Positions 26,460-37,255 of a stretch of DNA of 64,000 nucleotides are shown here, piece after piece; the stretch's first letter is position 1, and every line of letters begins with the position of its first letter. Under the pieces are notes generated by a model. The model was given only the letters and a program-made list of their open reading frames with translations, did no database searches and was not told where the DNA came from. This stretch comes from Girardia tigrina (Eukaryota). The DNA lies in assembly GCA_001938485.1 (NCBI GenBank), contig MQRK01178987.1:3053-67052 (forward strand). The letters are read 5' to 3'. Both the position numbers and the translations under genes were made by a program.

Positions 26460-27825
26460 TCGCCGTAAATTAAAGACATTCCCTGGTTGATTATCGTTTC
26501 ATTTTTATATACAGTTATTTACACGAACATTGCGACATGGTTACGCATCCGAATCCAAGGACCACCACACTCGATCCATTGGATGCGAAAGCGAACCACA
26601 ATCGCAATTCTGATTCTCAGACTCAAATAGCTCCTCTTCACAAAGGCATTTACTTTTTAGATATTTCAACATAGTGTTAGAGCAAGAATAGCAAAATAGT
26701 AAGTTATTAACTCAATTATTTTTCAAAGAATAATGGCAAATAAAATCAAACTTTCAATTAATGATATCATAATAAAGAGACATAAGATGTTTTAAATACA
26801 TATATTCAATGATGAAATATTAATAAAATAAATTAACTTTCTAAATAATTAACGATACCAAATTACAATATAATATTTATCAAAGACCACACGTAATGCA
26901 TAAATATACCTCCGAATTATTATCGTAAACCGTAATCGAGATTGTCCAAGAGTTTATCAAGCCTTTTCTCCCAAAATTCTCAATTAAAGATATTAGTTAA
27001 ATTTGCGTTGAAATTAATGTTCAAATAGTGTACTGTTGGAAATTAAATTAAAATTTTTCAAATAGAGTTGAAATTAAATCAAAATTTTTCAAAATGCGTG
27101 CCGTTCTCAAAATTGTGCTAAGTGTGTGAAGTATTCGAACCGATTCGGGCATTTATACCCTACCGGATACACGCAAACATTGATGGCTCGGCATCCTGTA
27201 TGCCGGTTACTGCGAGACAGGATGCGACAAAAGATGTCGTGATATCCTGGCAATTCGAATCAACAGATAAACAACTGTTGTTCTACGGCAGATTGCGAGG
27301 GGGAAGGGTATTATTGTTTTGTAAATTTCATTTTGTAAATTTTGTAATTTTCAGAACGATGTTTATGTTAGCTGTCCTTGCGGTCCTGACTACTGCAACC
27401 GACGAAAACTGGGCATCTGCGTATCGTGTGTCAACCGGTATCGTAGGTAATCGTTTATCATTCGGATTTTTCATGCTGACTGTTTATCGTTGTTTTAGCT
27501 TACTGCCGAGCTACCGCAGACACAGACAGTTGGAGGATGCCGTGATTCAGACTGAAATCAGGGTAAAAATTTTAATTAATCGAAAACTCTTAATTAATTT
27601 TCTCGGTTTCTCTTTTTAGGATTTCTACATTGTTTTGGCTGAACTGGTACTCATTCCCAAGGATCCTTCACTTTATTCTCCGTCCAGCACGCATGAAACC
27701 ATTTAAAACTAACGGGGATAGCCGAGCTTGACTATCCCCACAACTCTGACAAACTTTCATTCGCGCGGGATAATGTAATGGGTGAAATGGGTCTAGGTTT
27801 GTTGTACAAAATGTGGAACGTAACA
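26460..27825 (-). mobile_element. Long LTR-like element carrying an antisense spliced gene (left boundary uncertain)
   Basis: Minus strand starts TGTTACG at 27825; TATA GGGTATAAATGCCC at 27160-27147; shares promoter, hairpin and terminus with 53122-54679. Confidence 0.55.
27200..27706 (+). CDS. Hypothetical 116-aa Cys-rich protein, 4 exons
   Basis: Exons 27200-27307, 27355-27446, 27499-27562, 27620-27706; GT-AG introns of 47, 52 and 57 nt; spliced frame open throughout; CPCGPDYC..CVSC motif. Alternative start at ATG 27183 via a possible 23-nt intron. Confidence 0.6.
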
Positions 27826-30800
27826 CTTACAATCCAACCCTCTCCGTGAAGATCTCAAGAAGAACAATCGCTGTGTGGGGCCCTTGAAGAGATCGCCCCA
27901 TCCCGTGCAAAATACAAAAAGAAATTAATTAAATATAATAAATTAATAAACAAACCCGCTGTGACTCAAAAACAGACAAAGACTTTCATGACTAATCATG
28001 AATAATCAAGTCATATTTCTTAACCCAAACACACTTGGAGGGTAACTAGAAACCACCAATAGCAGGAACAGGTGGAGGCTTGTGATTGGCAGATGGAAGT
28101 ATTACAGGAGAGACAAACACATACCCAAGGAATTATAAATATATCATATTTTTTTCACTACAAGCAGAACATTTTGGATAAGACATAATTTTGTTAACTC
28201 CATTCTTAAACGCGATTTTAAACGACGAAATTTTAACGGCAAAACCTACGACGAAATTTTCGACACAATTTCATTCGAAGATACGTTGCGGACACAGTTG
28301 CCCGATTCCGAACATACTCGCGAACGAAGATTTTGAAGATCGTTTTAACAGCCAGATCCGAACAGTGATAGACGAATCCCACTGCAACCGCACATTGCGC
28401 CGGATACCAGAAGATAAAAATAAAAATGTGGATATTTTATTTCTTTAATTATTATGGTGCTTGTACTTTTATATTCAATATATTTTACTTCACAAAATTA
28501 CTTTGTTTTAATTTTCTCTTAATAATTTCGTGACATATTATTAATTGATATTTAGCTTTTGGGTCCGTCGTTGTCGTTGTTCTTCACCCATGTCATATGA
28601 TACTGTAGTTGTTAATAACCCTGGTTTTAAACGTTGCGAGCATTGTTGTCAAGACAGTCAGTTCGTGATTTTCGGAAGGGTTCCAGCCGAATTATTGGAT
28701 GACGATCGCTTCACTGAGTCAAGACTTTGTCCAGAGCCCGTTAGAAAAGGGTTTAGGAGTAAGCAACCCACACTTGATGATGTTCTAATAGCATACCGTA
28801 GAGTATGAAATCAAGTGCGAGCTAGACCCTTCAAGGGGATGATCATGCGCACGAAGATGCGGAAAATATGGGAGGTGTAATCTCTGTAGATAAAGCCTTC
28901 TCAGCTGTAAGAAGCGGATAGAAAATCAAATAGATATCCTTGTATAAAGATGTACATAAGTCACAAAAGAATCGATCGGGGAATTTAATGTGACACGATC
29001 TCATTCATTGAGAAATAATGCATTTTTTTATTTTCTTTTTTTTTAAATATTTTGAAGCAATTTAATTTAATATAATTTTATATTTAGTGAGTTTCAGATA
29101 TATGGATCTAGATTAATTCGACGTAGTTAAAAACGATTTTCTTAGAATGTCGGCTTTACTGAGTTTCATAGTGTTATTTAATCTTTTAATTTATTTTACA
29201 ATTTGTTTTATTATTTTACCCATTCTTTTTATTAATTTTATTTAATTGTTTTGGAAATTTTATTTGGTTGTCAAATTTTGTTTGTCAATCTTATTTTTCC
29301 AACAAAAATTATCGAATGAAATTTCAATGATATTTGTAGTAGTATCATGATTAGTATTCGAGACATAGAAAGTTCTAAATTATATCGTTCTGGTTAAAAT
29401 TTCCTTGCCTAATTTATTTTACTCAGCTCGTTCAATTTACTTTTAACGATAAATTCTATACATCTGTTTATATGATAATCTGTTTATATTGAAATTACTG
29501 TTGGGTTGTTGATCAAAATTATAACTCAAATTTAATTTTTACACCAAATTTTATTTTTTAGAATAACTTTTAAAATTAGTACAAATATAATTATCTTTGT
29601 CTTTATATATTTCTTTTAAATCAATTATTTAAAAATCCAATATTTCCCAATTAATTTCATTTTAAGTTTTTACTCTACAATTAAAATTTGATTATTTCCG
29701 AATTTAACTTTTTAAAATTAATTAAGATGCATTTTTTAATTATAATTGCTTAAAAACTTTGATTTTAAATATTTCCTTATTTAGAAATTCTTTATAAAAA
29801 TTAATGGTTTCAAAAATTTTAAGAGTGTGCCAGTCCTTCACAATTACCCCTTATGTTTATTTAAATAATAATAATATTTGACATGTTAATACAGTTTAGT
29901 ACTGATTATTTATGAATATGATCATTCATAATATTTGATTACTAACAATTATAATATGATTTATGAACTAGCTATCTCTAGAATTACTTTGAATAGATAA
30001 AATGATTTTATTATTGATATAAAAATAACAGATTCACTCCTCAAATTTTCGAGTATGTGGATCTGCTATTTTTATTGTCAATAACTAAAAAGGAAACTAA
30101 TCAAGTTAACTTAACTAGTATAGTTCGATAAACCTGTTTAGTATGTTACAAATAAAATAAAAATTAACCAATGTCAAAATAAAGTAACTGTTTTGTTTAA
30201 AAAATATAATTTGATAATTCTAACAGGTACAAAAAAATATCAACGGTATTTTTGGATCGTCAAATACATATGGAACAGAAATTCAAAGTCTGATGTCGTT
30301 GGCGATAAAATATTGTTGTTGGTAATAAAATATTGTTGTTGGCGATAAAATATTCTAGATTGTCAAATACAGATAGAATAAAAACTCGTAATCAAATGTT
30401 GTCGATGGTAATTTTTAATTCGTATTATCAGTTAATTGTAATTTCTGAATTTTTTTGTCGGACTATAAACAACAAATAATACTAACGTATAATTAATTTC
30501 TGACTAATGAATCTATGTAATATTGATTTCATTTTTGGATTATTATTTTAAAATTCAAATACCCCCCATTACCATGGGTTATTTGAATTATAATACTTTA
30601 TAGGTAAGTTGATTAATCGGTGAGCTTTCTTACATCATATGGATAGACTCTTTTCCTCGACTGCCTTCTTCGATCTTTTTCATGATGACGATAAAAATAA
30701 CAAAAAATGATAAAAATAATAAAAATAACAAAAGAAACAATACAAGTAAAAAATATCATATACAAAGGCAGATATTACAGATAAAAGAAAATAAATAAAG

Positions 30801-31019
30801 GAATAAAAATAATAATAACTTCGCAAACAGATCACAAACATCTGACACCCATCTCCAATAAAAAAATATTACACTGATAATAAAAAAAACGTGATAAAGA
30901 AATGGCAAGTGAAGGAGTGTGAGAAACTCGCTCTACAATTGACATAATAAATATTTGAATTTAGCAGCAGTGTAACTACAAGGGGAAAGATTTTAATAAA
31001 ACTGTAAATAAGGACGATT

Positions 31020-31498
31020 AACGCGGATAGTTTAATACATGCATGAGAGAGAGCACGCTCTGAGATTCCAATTACATTGCTAGAGAATTCCAAACTGCAG
31101 AAATATTTCCACCAGTAACACATCATCCCCGAACGACGTGTTCCAGCTGGGGGCTACACGCCCGTCCTGGTCTTCAGAATCCGAGGGCGCTCCAGACCCA
31201 GCACTATATGGTAGATGTGGGGCGAGGGAGACACGTCCGGCCGTCCGACATAGTTAGAACGGGTTGAGGTTAAACCCATAAAAACCTCTGGGGGCTCTGA
31301 GCAACCAAGAATGTTCCGAACAATGAACGGTCGTGACAAATGGCAGTGGATAAAAATGAAATGCGACGAATTGAAATCAGAATTGTTGTTGATAAATTGT
31401 CTCACATTTATGTCACAAGAAATGTATAAAAATCCAATGATGACAGTTGTATAATTCCATGGCACGAGACAGAAACGACAGAAATTTGTTAAATTCAA
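31020..31498 (-). mobile_element. LINE 3' end with degenerate CCHC-like motif and structured 3' region (copy D)
   Basis: CRFCLVPWNYTTVIIGF, SEPPEVF, then GGAGCGCCCTCGG, GGGGATGA and GCGTGC..GCATG blocks. Confidence 0.65.
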
Positions 31499-31752
31499 TT
31501 CAGTTTGGTAAATTTATCGGATTAATTCAACAAATTATTAAATCGATATTTATTAATTAATATAATATTAATAAAAGTATTGTTTTAAATAGCGAGTAAA
31601 ACAAAATTATTTACTCTTTTATTATATTAAATATTAAATATATATAAATAATAAGAATAAATTAGAAATTTAAATAAAAGATTTATGTTAAAAGTAAACA
31701 AGTGTATAAAATTTGTAAATAGAGATAAATTATATGGAGAAAATGAATTTAA

Positions 31753-33877
31753 AATATTATTAATAAAAATTTTTTTATAAAAACAACCACGTTTTTCAAG
31801 CATTACCAATACACTAAAAAGAGGAAAATAATTTTTTTTCGAGACATGTACGAAATTTTATACCTAACCCAAAAACGTGGGGCGGATTTCTGAACTACTG
31901 CTATTAGTAACTGCTATTTCCTCTTTACTGCTTTTTAGTAACAATCGATCATTTCTATGCCCCACGTTTTTGATTATGTATAAAATTTCGCACATGTCTA
32001 GAAAAAAATTATTTTCCTCTTTTTAGTGTATTGGTAATGCTTGAAAAACGTGGTTGTTTTTATAAAAAAAATTTTTATTAATAATATTATTTAACTATTT
32101 TTAGTTATCATTTAGGAATTCAAATCTTTCAATTGATTTCGAATAACAGAAATGATAATAAAACTAAAATAACAAATTTTTATTTTAATAAAAGCAAGTT
32201 TAGATGTCTCTCCGATCGCGTCGGACTTGGGACACAGACTGTCCTCCCAGTTGCGGTTGGCGTCGTTCTTGTTCCACGCGCGCTCGATCACCATGGTGAC
32301 GCAATCGACCGGTAATATCGCCTCTATTGACCGTCTGACGTGTTCTGGGAGCTCGAACGATAAATCGTAACACGATTCGACTTTCCGTTTTTTCGATTTG
32401 GATTTCGCGTTCGGAGAAATCGAACAATTGCTCGCATGGGTCGATGTCGCTTCGTTGTAATTCGAGGTCGATTTGATGCGCTTAGTGGTCGGCCGGAGTG
32501 ATTTCTTTATGTCGCACACTGGTGGCGGCTCCGAGGACGAATCGTTGTTGATACTGCTGGATTTCGTGTCTTTCTTGGCGTTGCTGGTGCCGGAGGAGAT
32601 GTAGTTTTCTTGGGACGGTAATTTTTCGAGTTTCGAGTTGAAGATGTTCTCGAGCGTCAGAGTCATGCTGATCAGATCGATTTCCGGAGGATTGAAGATG
32701 TAGCAATTCTGGAACACGAGTCNNNNNNNNNNNNNNNNNNNNNNNNNNNNNNNNNNNNNNNNNNNNNNNNNNTGAAGATGTTCTCGAGCGTCAGAGTCAT
32801 GCTGATCAGATCGATTTCCGGAGGATTGAAGATGTAGCAATTCTGGAACACGAGTCTCACATCGGTGATGCACTCGTCGGCGTTGTAATAGGGTTTCTTG
32901 ATCAATCGATTTTTTATGGTGGTAAAATCCATTGGACAATGCACGATTTTCGGATAATCTGGNATATTGAGCGCCGTATGATCGACCGGATGGAGAAACG
33001 GAAAGGAATATCTGTGTCGCATTAGTTGCGGAAGAATTTTCTTTTTGATGAATTGAAGTCGATTGGTGAGAACACTGGCTGGACGAGGCAGACCGGAATT
33101 TCGATTGCGGAAATTATTTATTTATCGTTTTTGTTGTCGTTATTGACGAGTTCGAGTGAATGGGAACTCATTCGACCAAAATGGGAAATTATCAACCATT
33201 CAATTATCAGACGAAAAGCATAATTAATTTTCAAAAAATGTATTTTGTAAATGTTCCATATTTAAACAATGTACAATATTTAAACAATCTTTTCATTATA
33301 AAAAAAACCAAATTTACATGAAAATTTTTTACTCAAAAAAGTCAGACCGTTCACTAGAATTACAAAAAAATTTTAATCCATTGAAAGAAAACATCGAATT
33401 AATTAAGATAAAATTATTAAGTTCGATATGTTAAATCAAGAAGTTTTATTATAAATGGGCTTTATAATCACTTGAAGAAAATAATATGCAATTTTAATTA
33501 AGAGTGTCTCAATTTCGAGGAAATTGTAATAATAAATAAGAAATATAGGATTTTATGTATATATATTTAATATTTATAAATACTGATAAAAATTTGTGTC
33601 ACTACATCAAGTTTTATTTCAAAATAATGTTTTTGTACGTATTAATTAATATTATTGATTTTTTTTCATAAAGTTAAAATTTTCATAAAGTTAAATTATA
33701 GCATATGCGGTTTATGTAGAGCCGTAAATGTTTTAAAATATTTTATTGTCATCGGAAGCAAGCCTGTATAAAAAAAATTCAGCTCAATTGGATGACTGAA
33801 AGTGGTCGAAAAATCAATCGCAAGATTTGTTCCAGACAGACAGACAAGAAACCAAGCTAAGTAAAACGTGGTAAAAA
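31753..33877 (-). mobile_element. Helentron/HINE-like element, copy containing the bromodomain cassette
   Basis: Inverted paralog of 22826-23412; ~125-bp fold-back arms 31753-31882 / 31959-32088; (CAGA)n at 33832-33845; cassette 32202-33607 bounded by CAAGTTT repeats. Confidence 0.7.
32112..33171 (-). pseudogene. Intronless, truncated BET-family (BRD2/3/4-like) single-bromodomain gene copy
   Basis: LTNRLQFIKK..LMRHRYSFPFLHPVD..PDY..IVHCPMDFTTIKNRL..NCYIFNPP matches BET bromodomain 1. There is a 1-nt frameshift near 33120 after ATG 33171, and the C-terminus runs into repeat DNA. Confidence 0.85.
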
Positions 33878-34969
33878 GGAAGGAAATTTTAAGAAGAGGA
33901 ACACAAGTATTGTAAATAAAATATATAATAAATAGAAAGATCATCTTTACTTATCTGTTGTCGTGTAAAACTACATTTTCATTCACATAAATAAGGAGAA
34001 AAAGATCTAAATTACCCCATCAAAGAAATCTCACAAACGATAAATTTAATATATCCGTAACGAAAATAACAATTTATTTAAATTCCAAAATTAGTATTAT
34101 ATATATTTTTTCTCTGTTAGAATTTCTGATCTGTATACAAATTCCTTTTTTTAATTAAAGATTTGTTTGATATATAAACACTTTGGTTTTGTTTTAATAA
34201 ATCATTATCGTTGGAAATTTTTTTGAATTCAACTCATCGACAGAATTTTAACCATGTATTTCGATCACAACAATGGAAGGTTTTCTTTTCCGCCGAACTT
34301 AAATTATGGATCGAGTGCGGTGCACAAGAATCCACATCTGGATGTGGAACGATCGACCCGGCGATCAAATCAACCAACCAATGTATCGGTTGTCACAATC
34401 TGCGACGACTCATGTCGAGTCGATGTTCAAATTAATTAATTTGCGCGATCTTCTAGACACAATGCGCAATATCTGCCTTTAAAGGGATAAAAGATAAAAG
34501 TAAAAGAAAGGTCATCCTTAATTATTTATTGTTTAAAAGAGCAAAAAAGAAAAACAGAAACTCCTTTAATCTTTGGACAATTATAAATTAATTTCCGGAC
34601 TCGGGATTGCCAGCAATTAGATAGCGAGTATATAAAGTAACAATTGGAGTGAGAGAACTCACTGGAAAAAAATTGAACTGAGAATTGAACTGATAAAATG
34701 TACGGAAATATATAATCTATATATTTCATTTAACTATATTTTTATGTACCTAAAATCACTTATAGTAAGTAGAATCTACTTTCCTAACTATTCAAAATAT
34801 AAATTCAGAAAGTAAGGTTTAGACTTTTAATCTTCTTTGTAAAATTGTAATTATAAACTGTGAATAATAAATACAAATTTGGAAATAATATCACGTTTCA
34901 TTTTCTTTTTATTCAAAAAGTATATCAATCACCTAGATACGCCAATAATATAATTATATTATATACATA

Positions 34970-35016
<47 letters not shown>

Positions 35017-35212
35017 TAGCGTCTGTAGGTGACTACAATAACAATTTGATATAGCCGACAATTTGATATAAGCTAGCGTGGAGCCCGTACCGGGCCGGGC
35101 GTTCTTTTCGGGCGGCTGCATTTCTTTATAGGCCACGGGTCACAAATCAATGGTCTACGGGCCATTTCATCAAATCCTCATATAACAGTATATGAAAAGT
35201 ATTTGAAGTGCC

Positions 35213-35520
35213 GTTTTTTTGCTGGTTGTACTCGAATGTCGTTTATGATGTTTCTCGCCCCAGGTACTAACTGCTCTCACGCCGGCCATTTCTTTCTTTA
35301 CATAGTGCTGGGCTCCATCTCGACAGTCCCACATTCATATAAAGCATGAGTACTTCGTGAACCCGGGGTGGCCAAGTAGAAAGTTCAACATCTTTAAGTC
35401 GACCCAGATCATCCCTTGGTGCTACTCATATTGGATTTTGTCGAGCAAGTACTTCACTGCTTCATATTTCTCTTTGAGAGTTGTTGAGTGCGCAAGATGG
35501 ATTGAGGCGAACTGGTTCCT
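35213..35520 (-). mobile_element. Chapaev3-like (CMC) transposase fragment
   Basis: LAHSTTLKEKYEAVKYLLDKIQY..VDLKMLNFLLG..GFTKYSCF..WDCRD..QHYVKK with stops. Family assignment is from recall. Confidence 0.6.
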
Positions 35521-35707
35521 ATTGTGGAGGATATATTTTATATATATAATTATATATAGGCCAAGTAGGCCTATGGATGTATCTCAAAACGTTGAGCTGA
35601 TAGGGCAAAATCTATGTCATATTCGGACTCAGAACACCAAAATTAGTCTAAATCAACTGAGAAACCCCTGACAAATTTTTGGCTGTTACAAAGATAATTA
35701 TCTATAT

Positions 35708-36760
35708 TGTTGGGGTTTATGTAAATACAATGGTTTTATGAATTTTATTTTTATTATAATTATAAACATTATGTTTGCTGTGTGAAGTTTATTTTTGATC
35801 TTGATGAATTTATTTGAATTATTTGTATGAGTTATATTTTTCTTTATTTATATTTATAATTTTACGTAAAATAAAATTTAAACTTATATATGTTATTTAT
35901 TTATTTTATTAAAAATATCATTATTACATCGTCATGCACCATGCACTTTCGTTATGCATGGCGCGTCTTTGCTTTTGTGGTGGCCACACGCGTATTTCAT
36001 TCATACGTTCTTTTTGTGTGACCACGCGCATTTTTCAAGCTACGCGTATTCTATTTTGTATACGCTTAAATTACGTTCTCAGGCCACGCGTATTTTATTC
36101 CTTTGTATACGCACTCTATATAAAGACAAGAAAATAACAATAAGGTACCATTTTTTATATTTATAACCAGGTAAGCTAAGCGTAATTGTTGACACCATTT
36201 TTATATTTATAACCAGGCTCCTCGAAAGCTGATTCCAGAATTCTGAGTGATTTGAAGATTAATTCCGATTTTACTTGACGATTAATTTGTTTCGAATTTA
36301 CTTGAAGATTAATTCCGAGTTTAATTGAAGATTTGTTTCGAATTTACTTGAAGATTAATCCCAATTTTTGACTTGACTAATTCTATTTTTTTGGCTCGTT
36401 CGGTGCTATCAACCTTGAAATTTGAAGGAGAATTTAATTCACATATCGGTGAGGGTTACCAATTATTGATTTTACTTTTTAAATTAACATATTTTAAATT
36501 TAATAAGCTTAATCGTATTATAATAAATTAATAATTTTTATTTATAACTTTTTCAAAATCTTTAGTAACTGGAGAACGGTGATTCCCAGTATTTTCTGTA
36601 ACAAATTGTATTTTTGTAAAGGATTTTTATAAATATTTTAATAAACATTTTATAAAAGAAAGTCTTACGTTATTTATTTTGTCGATTAATTTTATAAATT
36701 CTAAATTTACATAAGTCGATTGACTGGAGAATTATTTTATTATAAGTTCTCCTTTTGTTA
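35708..36760 (+). mobile_element. LTR-like element with ACGCGT repeats
   Basis: TGTTGGGG start; repeated ACGCGTATT; CTATATAAAG at about 36115; splice donor CAG/GTAAGC at about 36170; short GAAGATTAATT tandem units. Right boundary uncertain. Confidence 0.45.
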
Positions 36761-37255
36761 CGACAGTCGGGAAATATCTATTTGATCCCTTGTACGTAAC
36801 AATATAACAGTTTTAATAAAATTTTAAATTCAAAACATTTTAATAAAATTATTTTGGATGTCTTTTAATATATTTTTATATATTGTAAGAAAAAAGAAAA
36901 CACGCCATTTTATTAATTTTTTAATAATAATTTAATAATATTAATTTAATAATAATAATAATAAAATTTATTAAAATGGTGTGTTTTCTTTATATTTTTT
37001 TATTGGATAAATTGTTTTTAATATATGTAGTTTAATATTTTTGAAAATATATGTTCTTTTATACAAAGAAAAATTATGAATAATGAAATTATGAAATTAT
37101 AATATAATTATGAAATAGCCCGAAAAAACTTATAATTAAAGTAGTAAATAAAGTATATATTAATTTTCAAAATAAATTGTTAAAATTTAAGGTATATTAT
37201 ATTATTTACATCCATTTAGAATACTAAAAATTTTCTGTGATTTAATACAGACTAC

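Noticed and set aside
30290-30355. Short regular repeats (also 23820-24000, 54970-55085, 53669-53760) as possible CRISPR arrays
   Set aside because: No unique spacers, no cas genes and a eukaryotic context; these are tandem or TE subterminal repeats.
32633-32856. Apparent tandem duplication within the bromodomain
   Set aside because: Identical ~84-bp sequences flank a 50-N gap, typical of an unmerged contig overlap.
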